A DNA stretch of 64,000 nucleotides from Phytomonospora endophytica. Lineage in GTDB: Bacteria > Actinomycetota > Actinomycetes > Mycobacteriales > Micromonosporaceae. The notes under the pieces were generated by a model. That model was not told the origin of the DNA, searched no databases, and was given only the letters and a program-made list of their open reading frames with translations. The position numbers were made by a program, and so were the translations under genes. The DNA is taken from positions 29,884 to 93,883 of the forward strand of contig NZ_JACHGT010000021.1 of the NCBI RefSeq assembly GCF_014202425.1, written 5' to 3'. Positions 1 through 9,600 of this stretch are shown piece after piece (the first letter of the stretch is position 1; each line of letters begins with the position of its first letter).

Positions 1-1678
1 TTCAACTCGGATGGCTCACTCACTGGGGGCCGAATATCGCACGGTGTTGCACGACCACAGACGGCTGCTGAGAGGCGTCCTCGGACGCAGTACCGGCGCC
101 GAGCTCCTCACCGAGGGCGACAGTTTCTTCGTCGCCTTCGCCGACGCGGCCACCGCGATCACCGCGGCGATCGACACCCTCCGCGCGCTCGCCGCGCACA
201 CCTGGCCCTACCGCAAGGGCTGGACCGAACCGTGCATGCCGCGGCTGCGGATCGGAATCCACACCGGCCCGGCCGTGCCGAAGGGCGGTGAGTACGCCAC
301 CCACGTCGTGCACAGAGCGGCCCGCGTGCGCGACGCCGCACACGGCGGGCAGGTCCTGTGCTCGCAGGCGACGCTCGACGCGGCGAAACGCCGGTTGCCG
401 CCCGACATCAAGGCCGTCGACCTCGGGCTGCACCGCCTGCGCGGTTTCGACGACCCCGAGCGGCTGATGCAGCTCGTCGTGCCCGACCTGGAGTCGGAGT
501 TCCCGCCGCCGCGCACCGAGGACGCGCGCGCCCACAACCTGCCCTCCTTCGCCGACTTCGTGGGCCGCGAGACCGAGATCCACCGGCTGCGCAGGCTCGT
601 CGACGGGCACCGCCTCGTCTCGGCGACCGGGCCGAGCGGCGTCGGGAAGACCCGCGTGGCCGTCGAGATGGCACTGCGCGCCGCGAGGTCATACTCCGAC
701 GGCGTCTGGTACGCCGACCTGCCCGCGGGCGGCGACGCCGACGCGACGGCCGGGCTCGCCCTCGCACGGGCGGTCGGGGTGCGGCCCGACCCGTTCCGGC
801 CCGCGGCCGAGACCGTCCTCGACTGGCTGCGGCACCGCAAATGCCTGCTGATCCTCGACAGCGCGCAGGCGAGGCACGCCGACTTCGTCCGGCGGGTGCT
901 CGCCGAATGCTGGCAGGCGCGGATCCTGCTGGTATCGCGGGCGCCGCTGGGGCTGTCGGGCGAGGTGATCTGGGCCGTGCCCGCCATGGGCGACGGGGAG
1001 GCCGTGCGCCTGCTGGAGCTGCGGGCGGCCGCCGCGCGGGGCGGGGACGTCGTCGACGGCTGCGCCGCCGTCGCCAAGCGCCTGGGGGGCATACCGCTGG
1101 CGCTGGAGCTGGCGGCCGCGCGGATGCGGGTGGTGTCGCCGCAGGATCTCGCCAAGCGCCTGGACAGTGACCTGCTCGGGGTCCTCGACGGGCCCGGCCG
1201 CGTGTGGAGCGCCGCGCTGGACGCCTCCTACGAGGCGCTGCCCACCGGGGCCGTCGACCTGCTGCACGCCTTCGCCGAGGAACCCGACCCCGTCGACGTC
1301 GACGCCGTCGAAGGGCGCCTGCTGGGCGACGTCGGCACCGCCGCCGCGCTCGACGCCCTCGCCGCGCTGGTCGACGCGTCCCTGGTGGACGTGCGGTATA
1401 CGGGGACGACCGCGCTGTACCGCCTGTCCGCGCCCGTCCGCGCCTACGCGGCGTCGCGGGCGCCGTCGTCCTCGGCGTCGTCGGACCCCGCCTGTCGCCC
1501 CGACCCGGACCCGCCCGCCGACCACGTCGCCCCGCACGACTTCGGGCCCCTGCCGGGCGGCGTCGTGCCGGGAGCGCTGCCGGGGTCGCTGTTCGCGGTC
1601 AGCGGTTTACTCCCGGCCGCGACGGACGACCGGCGCTGGCCGGGGGATGCGGTGAGGGTGGGGAAATTACTGTGGTGA
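1..1678 (+). CDS. Adenylate/guanylate cyclase domain + NB-ARC/AAA ATPase regulatory protein (5' partial, continues upstream of window)
   Basis: ORF 11..1678 stays open to the window edge. Cyclase-core motifs (GDSFFVAF, RIGIHTGP) are followed by P-loop GPSGVGKT and an NB-ARC-like region. Family assigned from motifs only. Confidence 0.6.
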   Translation, partial: STRMAHSLGAEYRTVLHDHRRLLRGVLGRSTGAELLTEGDSFFVAFADAATAITAAIDTLRALAAHTWPYRKGWTEPCMPRLRIGIHTGPAVPKGGEYATHVVHRAARVRDAAHGGQVLCSQATLDAAKRRLPPDIKAVDLGLHRLRGFDDPERLMQLVVPDLESEFPPPRTEDARAHNLPSFADFVGRETEIHRLRRLVDGHRLVSATGPSGVGKTRVAVEMALRAARSYSDGVWYADLPAGGDADATAGLALARAVGVRPDPFRPAAETVLDWLRHRKCLLILDSAQARHADFVRRVLAECWQARILLVSRAPLGLSGEVIWAVPAMGDGEAVRLLELRAAAARGGDVVDGCAAVAKRLGGIPLALELAAARMRVVSPQDLAKRLDSDLLGVLDGPGRVWSAALDASYEALPTGAVDLLHAFAEEPDPVDVDAVEGRLLGDVGTAAALDALAALVDASLVDVRYTGTTALYRLSAPVRAYAASRAPSSSASSDPACRPDPDPPADHVAPHDFGPLPGGVVPGALPGSLFAVSGLLPAATDDRRWPGDAVRVGKLLW

Positions 1679-1687
1679 GAGGGGGCT

Positions 1688-1900
1688 TCACGCGACGCCC
1701 GCTTCCACCAGGAAGCGGCTGGGCGTATCGGCCCAGGACACGTGCAGGCGCTCCCGTGCCCTCGTGCACGCCACGAACAGCAGGCACCGTTCCGTCATGA
1801 GGTCCGTCTCATGCTGGAGCCGGTCGACCTCGGCGTCGGTGATCGCCTTCGGGAACGGCATGGAGGCCGCGTTGACGCCGTGGTCTTGCGCATCTTCGTG
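1688..1900 (-). pseudogene. UvrD/PcrA-like helicase C-terminal remnant
   Basis: Only the last ~60 codons of ORF 1688..2305 look protein-like (…ERCLLFVACTRARERLHVSW resembles the UvrD C-terminal motif). The upstream part is Arg/Gly junk and no helicase core is found upstream. Confidence 0.4.
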
Positions 1901-2088
1901 CTTCGCCCAGCCCGAACTCGCGTGACCTGGCGCTCGCGGAGAGTGGACGGCATTCGCTTTCGCGAAGCCGGGGGGAGGGTCATGGGAGATCCGAGCGCGG
2001 CTCTCAAGGCGATTCACAAGACGGGGGCCGTCCATTTGGCGACCGCCGCGGCTGGCTTCGGTGGCGCGTCGCCACCGCCGAAGGAGAT

Positions 2089-2436
2089 CTACGCCTGAAC
2101 CGGCACCACCGACGCCTCCTCCCCGGGCCCGGGCACCGGAAACCTCCCCGCGTTCCGCGCCATCTTCGCGCGCGTCGCCGTCTCCAGGTCCACGCCCAGG
2201 ACGTCGGCGAGGCGTGTCAGGTACATGAGCACGTCGGCCATCTCCGCCCCGACGGCGTCGCGTTGGGCGTCGGTCAGCGACTCGCACTCCTCCGGGGTGA
2301 GCCACTGCAACTCCGCGACCAGTTCGCCGACCTCACCGGCGAGGGCCATGGCCAGGTTCTTCGGCCGGTGGAACTTCTCCCAGCCGCGTTCGGCGGCGAA
2401 GGCGCGGAGGTCGGCGGTCAGGGCATCCAGAGACAT
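2089..2436 (-). CDS. MazG-like nucleotide pyrophosphohydrolase
   Basis: ATG at 2434-2436. Sequence MSLDALTADLRAFAAERGWEKFH…LAGEVGELVAE…EMADVLMYL matches the all-alpha MazG NTP-PPase pattern. Confidence 0.6.
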   Translation of the reverse strand: MSLDALTADLRAFAAERGWEKFHRPKNLAMALAGEVGELVAELQWLTPEECESLTDAQRDAVGAEMADVLMYLTRLADVLGVDLETATRAKMARNAGRFPVPGPGEEASVVPVQA

Positions 2437-2475
2437 CCCCGGATGATAGGCGCGCCGACCTCGCACGCCGTCGCG

Positions 2476-3417
2476 CTACTCGAACGCCGTCGTGTAGATC
2501 CTGGCCTTGTAGAACTCGGCCCCTGTCCTGGTGCGGTCGGCGCCGACGGAGAACCGCACGGTCGGGCTGCCCCAGGTGCGTGAGCCGGTGCCGTCGGCGC
2601 GGACGGAGACGTCTTCACCCGAGGAGTGGCGGGACCACGCCTTGAGCGAGCCCTCCGTCGACACGGTGGTCTTGGTCAGCGTCGCCGTGTCGACGCGGTA
2701 GGCGCCATAGGTGTCGGTGACGAACAGGTGCCCCGGCGAGCTGTAGTCGGGCTGGAGGTCGTGGCCCAGCCCGGACAGCGCGACCGACTTCCCCGCCGAC
2801 ACCAACCGCGTGTTCCGGTACGTCCCCGTCACGTTGTACGCCCGCAGCACCTTGTCGCCCACGGCCCACAGGTGGCCCAGCGACGGGTCCCACAGCACCC
2901 CGTGCGCGCCCTTGAACGCGATCGTCTGCACCCTGGCCAGGGTGCTCGGGTTGCTGATCGCCGTCGGCCCGTAGACGCACAGGTAGCCGCCGGCGAGCAG
3001 CCCGTCCGACGACGACGCCGTCACGATCGCGCCGATGTCGGGGATGCGTTCGACCGCGTGCGGGTTTCCGCCGGGCGAACCGGTCCACAGCAGGTCGTTG
3101 AGTTCCTGGTGCTGCTCGGTGGTCTTGTCGACGATGCCGACGTTGCCCCCCGACGCGGCGACCAGCGCCACCTCGCCGAAGGACGCGGTGTTGCGGAAGC
3201 GCACGTCGGACAGGTTGTACCAACCCCCGGCGCCGGGGGTCCAGCTCCACTGCACGTTCGCGTCGCTGAACGCGACGTCCTTGTCCCACATCAGGACCTT
3301 GTTGGACACCTGCTCGGTGGCCGCGATCGACCAGGTCGCGGCTTTCGCCGGCGAACCCAGGAGTAACGACGCGGGTGCGGCTAAGGCCGCGCCCGCCAGA
3401 AGCGTGCGACGTTTCAT
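2476..3417 (-). CDS. Tat-signal secreted protein of unknown function (paralog A of a 3-member family in this window)
   Basis: ATG at 3415-3417 with an AAGGG RBS. N-terminus MKRRTLLAGAALAAPASLLLGSPAKA is a twin-arginine signal. The protein is ~55-60 % identical to the products of 3429..4379 and 61708..62638. Confidence 0.7.
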   Translation of the reverse strand: MKRRTLLAGAALAAPASLLLGSPAKAATWSIAATEQVSNKVLMWDKDVAFSDANVQWSWTPGAGGWYNLSDVRFRNTASFGEVALVAASGGNVGIVDKTTEQHQELNDLLWTGSPGGNPHAVERIPDIGAIVTASSSDGLLAGGYLCVYGPTAISNPSTLARVQTIAFKGAHGVLWDPSLGHLWAVGDKVLRAYNVTGTYRNTRLVSAGKSVALSGLGHDLQPDYSSPGHLFVTDTYGAYRVDTATLTKTTVSTEGSLKAWSRHSSGEDVSVRADGTGSRTWGSPTVRFSVGADRTRTGAEFYKARIYTTAFE

Positions 3418-3428
3418 TCGGGAAACCC

Positions 3429-4379
3429 TTACTGGTAGTGGGTCGTGTAGATCCGTGCCTTGTAGAACTCGGCGCCCTCGCGCGTCTGCCACGGCGAACG
3501 CGAGAAACGCACGGTCGGGCTGCCCCAGGTCTTCTCGCCGACGAGGTCGGCGCGCACCGAGACGTCCTCTCCGCAGCGGTGACGGGAGTAGGCCTTCACG
3601 GAGTCCTCGACGGAGACGGTCGCCGCCGTCAGCGTCGCCTTGTCGATGTGGTGGACGCCGTAGGTGTCGGTGACGAAGAGTTTCCCGCGGTCGGTGTAGT
3701 CGGGCTGCAGGTCGTGCCCGAGCCCGGCGAGGGGCACCGCGCGGCCGGTGTCGACCAGGCGCACGTCCCGGCGCTCGCCGGTGACCTCGTAGGCGCGCAC
3801 GACCTTGTCGCCGATCGCCCAGAGCACGTCGCCCTCCGGGTCCCACAGGACACCGTGCGCGCCCTTGAAGGGGATGACCTGGACCTGTTCGAGGGTCTCG
3901 ATCTTCCGCGGGTGCGAGGGCGCGTACACGCACAGGTAGCCGCCGGCGACCTGCCCGTTCGAGGAGCTCGCGGTGACCACGGCGCCGACGGGGTGCACGT
4001 ACTCGGCGGCGTGCGGGTTCCCGCCGGGCGCGGCCGACCAGAGCAGGTCGTCGAGGCCCTGCTCGCGCACACCGTGCTTCTTCTCGACGACACCGACGTC
4101 GCCGCCCGACGCCGCCGCGAGGGCGACCTCGCCGATGCGCGGGATGCGGCGGAAGCGCGCGTCGGACAGGTTGAACCAGCCGCCGACGCCCGGCGACCAG
4201 GACCACTCCAGGTTCTCGTCGGTGAACGGGGTGTCCTTGTTCCACATCATCAGGCGGTTGAGGATCTGCTCGGTGCCGACCACCGAGAACGTGGCCGCGG
4301 CCTGCGCGGGGGCCGATCCGAGGAGCGCGGCAGCGGGGACGCCGAGGGCGGCGGCGGACAGGAGAGTACGTCGCTTCAC
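3429..4379 (-). CDS. Tat-signal secreted protein of unknown function (paralog B, tandem to A)
   Basis: GTG (VKRRTLLSAAALGVPAAALLGSAPAQA) preceded by GAAGG. The stop lies 11 nt before the paralog A start. Shared motifs: WSWSPG, NLSD.RFR, GGNPHA, GAHGVLWDP, GLGHDLQPDY, GAEFYKARIYT. Confidence 0.7.
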   Translation of the reverse strand: MKRRTLLSAAALGVPAAALLGSAPAQAAATFSVVGTEQILNRLMMWNKDTPFTDENLEWSWSPGVGGWFNLSDARFRRIPRIGEVALAAASGGDVGVVEKKHGVREQGLDDLLWSAAPGGNPHAAEYVHPVGAVVTASSSNGQVAGGYLCVYAPSHPRKIETLEQVQVIPFKGAHGVLWDPEGDVLWAIGDKVVRAYEVTGERRDVRLVDTGRAVPLAGLGHDLQPDYTDRGKLFVTDTYGVHHIDKATLTAATVSVEDSVKAYSRHRCGEDVSVRADLVGEKTWGSPTVRFSRSPWQTREGAEFYKARIYTTHYQ

Positions 4380-4500
4380 GGGGGAACCTTCGTCTACAAG
4401 GGGCAAGGTGATCTCAGTATGCCGAAGAAAAGCTCGAATCCTTGACCGCGAGGTGAAGGTTTTCTACCCTGCGGGTAGCCGACGAAAGGACTACCACCCC

Positions 4501-6198
4501 ATGCCCACCGAAGACGCCGCCTCCGGCACCGCGCGCCGCACCCTTTTCCGCACCGGAGCGGGCGTCGGCATCGCCGCCCTGGGCGCCACGACGCTCGTCG
4601 CCGGCGCCACCGCCGCGCACGCCGAGGAGGCCGGGGAGGCCGCCGCGGCGGCCGCCGCCCCGAACCCCGCGTTCCCCAAGCACGAGCTGCGCGCCTCCTG
4701 GATCGCCAGCACCGTCAACATCGACTGGCCCAGCCGCCCCGGTCTGGACGTCGCCACCCAGAAGGCCGAGCTGATCCGCTGGCTCGACGAGGCCGTCGCG
4801 TACGGCTTCAACGCCGTCATGTTCCAGATCCGCCCGACCGCCGACGCGTTCTGGCCCTCGCCCCACGAGCCCTGGTCGCGCTGGCTGACCGGCGCGCAGG
4901 GCACCGACCCGGGCTACGACCCGCTCGCCTACGCCGTCGACGAGGCGCACAAACGCGGCCTGGAGATCCACGGCTGGTTCAACCCGTTCCGCATCTCCAT
5001 GAAGGCCGTCAGCGGCGACGTGGGCACCGACCCGTCGAAGCTCGTCGACGGTCACCCCGCCAAGGACAACCCCGACTGGGTCGTCGCCTACCCCGCCGAC
5101 GCCACCGGGCAGCTCTACTTCAACCCGGGCGTGCCCGAGGCGCGTCAGCACAACGTCGACGCGATCTGCCACGCCGCGGAGAACTACGACCTCGACGGCG
5201 TCCACTTCGACGACTACTTCTACCCCTACCCCGTCGGGACGCAGCAGTTCAACGACGACGCCACCTTCGCCGAGTACGGCGGCGACTTCACCGACAAGAA
5301 GGCGTGGCGCCGCCACAACGTCGACCTGTTCGTCAAGGCGATCTCCGACCGTCTCCGCGAGAACAAGCCGAACGTGAAGTTCGGCATCAGCCCCTTCGGC
5401 GTGTGGCGCAACAAGGCCGACGACCCGGTCCTCGGGTCCGACACCGCCGCCGGTGCGCCGACCTACGACGCCCTGTCCGCCGACACCCGCAAGTGGGTCA
5501 AGGAGGAGTGGATCGACTACATCGTTCCGCAGGTCTACTGGGCCGACTCCCTGGCCGTCGCCAGCTACGGCAAGATCGTGCGCTGGTGGGACGAGGTGTG
5601 CCGCGGCACGAACGTCCAGCTGTTCATCGGCGAGGCGACCTACAAGGTCAACGCCTCCACCCAGTCGCCCGAGTGGAACAACGACGCGCACGAACTCGAC
5701 CGGCACGTGGTCATGGGCCGCGAGCTGGCCGACGTCGACGGCAACATCTACTTCTCCGCGAAGTCGGTGCGCGCCAACGAGCTCAACGCCATGGGCATCA
5801 TCCGGGACACGCACTACCAGCGTCCCGCGCTGATTCCGCCCTCCGACGGCCGGTTGCGCCGTCCCGGTACCCCCCGCATCAGTGACTCGCGCTGGCGTGA
5901 GGGGAAGCTGGAGCTGCGCTTCGGCTGCGGTGACGAGCACGGCGGCCACGGTGGCCACGGCGGCGGGCACGGACGCCGTGAGGCGAGCTGGTTCGCGGTG
6001 TGGCGCTTCGACGGGCACCGCCGCCACGTCGAGGCCGGTGACATCGCCGACGCGACCGCGCTCGTCGGGCGCGTGCACGCCGACGCGGGCAAGTTCGTCG
6101 ACGCCACCGCCGTCAAGGGCAAGAAGTACACCTACGTGGTGACCGCCTACAACGGCGTGTGGACCGAGAGCAAGATCAGCAAGGCGCGCAAGGTCTAG
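4501..6198 (+). CDS. Secreted glycoside-hydrolase-like family 10 (GHL10/YngK/DUF4015-type) protein with C-terminal His/Gly-rich and beta-sandwich region
   Basis: ATG 4501 with GAAAGGA RBS and Tat-like signal RRTLFRTGAGVGIAALGATTLVAGATAAHA. The TIM-barrel-like core (…NAVMFQIRPTADAFW…GLEIHGWFNPF…) is typical of GHL10 proteins. Family from recall only. Confidence 0.6.
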   Translation: MPTEDAASGTARRTLFRTGAGVGIAALGATTLVAGATAAHAEEAGEAAAAAAAPNPAFPKHELRASWIASTVNIDWPSRPGLDVATQKAELIRWLDEAVAYGFNAVMFQIRPTADAFWPSPHEPWSRWLTGAQGTDPGYDPLAYAVDEAHKRGLEIHGWFNPFRISMKAVSGDVGTDPSKLVDGHPAKDNPDWVVAYPADATGQLYFNPGVPEARQHNVDAICHAAENYDLDGVHFDDYFYPYPVGTQQFNDDATFAEYGGDFTDKKAWRRHNVDLFVKAISDRLRENKPNVKFGISPFGVWRNKADDPVLGSDTAAGAPTYDALSADTRKWVKEEWIDYIVPQVYWADSLAVASYGKIVRWWDEVCRGTNVQLFIGEATYKVNASTQSPEWNNDAHELDRHVVMGRELADVDGNIYFSAKSVRANELNAMGIIRDTHYQRPALIPPSDGRLRRPGTPRISDSRWREGKLELRFGCGDEHGGHGGHGGGHGRREASWFAVWRFDGHRRHVEAGDIADATALVGRVHADAGKFVDATAVKGKKYTYVVTAYNGVWTESKISKARKV

Positions 6199-6211
6199 TC
6201 TCAATCCGGCG

Positions 6212-6252
6212 GTGCCGCCCCCGGTCTGGGCACGGAACGGGGGTGGCACCGC
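6212..6252. terminator. Bidirectional stem-loop between convergent genes
   Basis: GGTGCCGCCCCC…GGGGGTGGCACC inverted repeat immediately after the 6198 stop and before the 6263 stop. Confidence 0.5.
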
Positions 6253-6262
6253 TTCTCGGTGT

Positions 6263-6706
6263 CTAGGTCCAGCTGACGCCGTCGGCGGGGACGGCGCTGA
6301 TCTCGCCGCTGCCGTCGGTGCCGGCCGAACCCCAGTGGGTGTTGTCGGACCCGGCGGTGCCCCAGGGGTCGCCGTTGTTGCGCTCGCCGTCGGCGCCGAT
6401 GCCGAACAGCGCGGTGTTGCGGAATCCGGCGGCGTTCGACCGGCCCTCGGCGCCCTGGGACGCGTCCCAGCGATCGGAGTCGCCGCCCTCGCCGTCGCGT
6501 GCCGACTTCGCCGGCCAGACGAAGTCGGTCCAGCTCACGCCGTCCCGGTGTTCGACGATGCCGCCGTTGGAGTCCCACGGGTCGCCGTGGTCGACGGCCG
6601 CCCGGGCCCCGGCCCGGCCCGGTGTCGTGAACGCGATGACCGCGATGGCGGCCAGCGCGGCGAAGATCATGCCCGCCAGCAGGCGGATTCGTGCGGTGTC
6701 GCTCAT
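6263..6706 (-). CDS. Small secreted/membrane-anchored Trp-Gly-Asp repeat protein (147 aa)
   Basis: ATG 6704-6706 with GGAAGGAAA RBS. An N-terminal hydrophobic segment is followed by short repeats (GDPW, DGVSWT, RWDAS, HWGSAG). No recognisable family. Confidence 0.5.
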   Translation of the reverse strand: MSDTARIRLLAGMIFAALAAIAVIAFTTPGRAGARAAVDHGDPWDSNGGIVEHRDGVSWTDFVWPAKSARDGEGGDSDRWDASQGAEGRSNAAGFRNTALFGIGADGERNNGDPWGTAGSDNTHWGSAGTDGSGEISAVPADGVSWT

Positions 6707-6790
6707 GGGTTTCCTTCCCCGTGTGGTGGGAAGGGTGCGCACCCTCGTGGACTCAGGGTACGAAAATCGGCGGCGGCCGTGGGGGCACGC
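6707..6790 (-). promoter_or_regulatory. Conserved 5' leader/promoter element, copy 1 (shared with 7073..7160)
   Basis: About 70 nt are ~85 % identical to the region upstream of the next gene. It contains the palindrome GGGTGCGCACCC and the hairpin CCTTCCC-ACCACAC-GGGAAGG, whose 3' arm is the Shine-Dalgarno. Confidence 0.4.
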
Positions 6791-6892
6791 GGTGGCGAGG
6801 GTGCGCCGCGCGGGATCCGGCCGCCGGTGGGAGAACTCGCCGGAGAGGCGGCGGCGCCGTCCCCGCCCGGGCACGGCGCCGCCGCTTCACCG

Positions 6893-7072
6893 CTAGGCCC
6901 CGTCGGCGTTGTCGGCGGGCGTGGAGTCCGCCTTGCCGGTGTCGTCGACACCGCTGTCGTGGTAACCGTCGGCGGGTGCGGCGTCGTCTTCGGCGCCGCT
7001 GTCGTGGTAGCCCTCGTCGACGCCGCTGTCGTGGTAACCGTCGGCGGGCGTGGAGCCGGTCTTGTCGCTCAT
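6893..7072 (-). CDS. Small acidic tandem-repeat peptide (59 aa; DGYHDSG x3)
   Basis: ATG 7070-7072 behind the same GGAAGGAAACC leader as the 6263 gene. The product starts MSDKTGSTPADGYHDSGVDEGYHDSGAEDDAAPADGYHDSGVDD…. Confidence 0.45.
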   Translation of the reverse strand: MSDKTGSTPADGYHDSGVDEGYHDSGAEDDAAPADGYHDSGVDDTGKADSTPADNADGA

Positions 7073-7160
7073 CGTCGTGGTTTCCTTCCCCGTGTGGTGT
7101 GGGAAGGGCGCGCACCCCTTGGATCCAGCGTACGAAGTCCGGCGCTCACGCCGGGCGATC
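7073..7160 (-). promoter_or_regulatory. Conserved 5' leader/promoter element, copy 2
   Basis: Duplicate of 6707..6790, same motifs. Confidence 0.4.
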
Positions 7161-7162
7161 AC

Positions 7163-8213
7163 TCAGGCGCCTCTCAGCATCAGCCGCCGTCCCGGCCGCT
7201 CCACCCACTCGTGCAGCGCCCACGACAGCGCCAGGGAGATCCCACCCGCCAGGACCGTCAGTCCCAGCGCGGGAAACACCCCCGGCTGCGGATGTCGCGC
7301 CCACACGTACTCGCCGGTGCGGATCACCAGGATGTGCACCATGTAGAACGCGCAGGACAGCTCGCCGAGCCGCACCATCAGCGGGTGCCGCACGAGCGAG
7401 GGTCTCCCGTCCAGGCCGGACACCGCGCCGGCCACGATGAGCAGTCCGAAGCCGACGACCGTGCAGGCCGCGTAGCGGAAGGGCCCGGGCGAGAACACCG
7501 CCGCGGTCGCGTAGCCCATGGCGGTCACCGCCAGGGCGATCGGGTAGCCGACGCCGCGCCATGCCCCGAGCCGCACGAGCCTGGCCAGGGCGACGCCGAG
7601 GGCGAACTCGGCGAGCCGCACCGGCGGGAAGAAGTAGACGACGCGCGGTTCCAGGAACAGCGGCGCGAGCAGCACGATCGCCGTCGACGCGGCCGCGACC
7701 GCCCACAGCCACCGCGCTCGCAGCCTGCGGGTCAGCCGGAACAGCAGCGGGAAGGCCAGGTAGAAGAAGGCCTCGCAGGCCAGTGACCAGCTCACGGGGT
7801 TGAGCGACTGGTCGTATTCGGCGACGGGCACCCAGCTGTGCACGAGCAGGCAGTTCGCGGTGGCCGCCTCGACGGTCGGGATCAGTCCGGGGATGAGCTG
7901 GAGGGCCAGCAGGAGCGCGGCGGCCACGGTGACGACGTGTACGGGGTAGACGCGGGCGAGCCGGCGTCGCCAGAAGCGGACGGGGTCGTCGCCGTCACGC
8001 GCGGACCAGGCGAGGACGAAGCCGGACAGGATGAAGAAGGACACTTCCCGGTAGGGGGATTGCACAGCCCCCGCACAGCCAGCGCACCTGCTGCCCCGCT
8101 CCGTCGCCGTCGAAGTACCGCACAACGTGGACGTGCAGCCCGAAGACGAGGAGTGCGGCGAACCAGCGCATGCCGGTTAGTGAGGGAAGGTGCTCATTAC
8201 GGCTTTTGAGCAT
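7163..8213 (-). pseudogene. Acyltransferase family 3 (OafA-like) membrane protein, apparent frameshift near 8060-8120
   Basis: ORF 7995..8213 carries the N-terminal AT3 signature (LTGMRWFAALLVFGLHV). ORF 7163..8125 in another frame carries the rest (EVSFFILSGFVLAW…). The switch falls in a GGGGG/CCCCC-run region. Confidence 0.55.
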
Positions 8214-8301
8214 CGGGGGAGGGTAGCCGACGAAAATGTGAAGGCGGTTACAGTCCGCCCCTCTCAGCTTTTATCCCCGGGACGGCTGCGACAATCCGCC
8301 A

Positions 8302-9600
8302 GTGGCCGACATCCAGAGCACCGAAAAGTCGCGAGAACTCTTCGACCGCGCCGCACGGGTCGTGCCCGGTGGCGTGAACTCCCCGGTCCGGGCGTTCCGC
8401 TCGGTCGGCGGCGATCCCCGCTTCATGGTCAGCGGTGAAGGCTGCCGCATGACCGACGCCGACGGCAACACCTACGTCGACCTGGTGTCCTCCTGGGGCC
8501 CGCTCATCCTCGGCCACGCGCATCCGCACGTCATCGACGCCGTGACCGCCGCCGCCGTGAAGGGCACGTCCTTCGGGACGCCGACGCCCGGCGAGGTCGA
8601 CCTCGCCGAGGAGCTCGTCGCGCGCACGGGCGTCGAGCGCGTCCGCATGGTCAACTCCGGCACCGAGGCGACGATGACCGCGCTGCGCCTGGCGCGCGCC
8701 GCCACCGGCCGCACCAAGATCATCAAGTTCGCCGGCTGCTACCACGGCCACGTCGACCCGCTCCTGGCCGCGGCCGGGTCGGGCGTGGCGACCCTCGCGC
8801 TGCCCGACTCGCCGGGCGTCGTCGGCACCGACGAGACGATCGTCGCGCCCTACAACGACATCGACTCCGTGGCCAAGATCTTCGCCGAGCACGACGGTCA
8901 GATCGCCTGTGTCATCACCGAGGCCGCGGCCGGGAACATGGGCGTCGTCGCCCCCCGTGACGGGTTCAACCGCAAGCTCGCCGAGCTGTGCCGCGCCAAC
9001 GGCGCCCTGCTCATCCTCGACGAGGTCATGACCGGCTTCCGGGTGAGCAAGAACGGCTGGGCCGGGTTCTCCGGCGACACCGCCGACCTGTTCACCTACG
9101 GCAAGGTCATGGGCGGCGGCCTGCCCGCCGCGGCCTTCGGCGGCCGCGCCGAACTGATGGACATGCTCGCGCCCTCCGGCCCGGTCTATCAGGCGGGCAC
9201 CCTGTCGGGAAACCCCCTGGCCTGCGCCGCCGGTCTCGCGACCCTCCAGCTCTGCGACGACGACCTCTACGCCAAGCTCGACGCCGTCTCCCAGACCCTG
9301 GGTGAGGCCGCCGTCGCCGCCCTCACCGAGGCCGGTGTCCCGCACCGCCTGTCGCGGGCCGGGAACATGTTCAGCGTGTTCTTCACCGCAGACGACGTCT
9401 CCGACTTCGCCGGTGCCCAGGCCCAGAACGTCGCCGCCTACCGCGCCTTCTTCCACGAAATGCTGGCAAAGGGGGTCTATCTGCCCCCGAGCGCCTACGA
9501 GGCCTGGTTCGTCTCCGGCGCCCTCGACGACGAGGCCGTCGCACAGATCGCCGACGCTCTCCCGTACGCCGCGCGTGCTGCGGCTAAGGTCGCACCGTGA
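8302..9600 (+). CDS. hemL: Glutamate-1-semialdehyde 2,1-aminomutase
   Basis: GTG start. Full-length class-III aminotransferase with hemL-typical blocks ([39 protein letters not shown]). Confidence 0.9.
   Translation: MADIQSTEKSRELFDRAARVVPGGVNSPVRAFRSVGGDPRFMVSGEGCRMTDADGNTYVDLVSSWGPLILGHAHPHVIDAVTAAAVKGTSFGTPTPGEVDLAEELVARTGVERVRMVNSGTEATMTALRLARAATGRTKIIKFAGCYHGHVDPLLAAAGSGVATLALPDSPGVVGTDETIVAPYNDIDSVAKIFAEHDGQIACVITEAAAGNMGVVAPRDGFNRKLAELCRANGALLILDEVMTGFRVSKNGWAGFSGDTADLFTYGKVMGGGLPAAAFGGRAELMDMLAPSGPVYQAGTLSGNPLACAAGLATLQLCDDDLYAKLDAVSQTLGEAAVAALTEAGVPHRLSRAGNMFSVFFTADDVSDFAGAQAQNVAAYRAFFHEMLAKGVYLPPSAYEAWFVSGALDDEAVAQIADALPYAARAAAKVAP

Noticed and set aside
20-1800. Multiple overlapping ORFs inside and antisense to the cyclase-ATPase gene (20..610 -, 208..1155 -, 358..1170 +, 689..1537 -, 1204..1800 +)
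   Set aside because: Homopolymeric R/P/G translations with no motifs. GC-rich frame artefacts.
4414-6249. 611-aa minus-strand ORF antisense to the GHL10-like gene
   Set aside because: Gly/Val/Arg-rich with no domain. The opposite frame has signal peptide and fold motifs.
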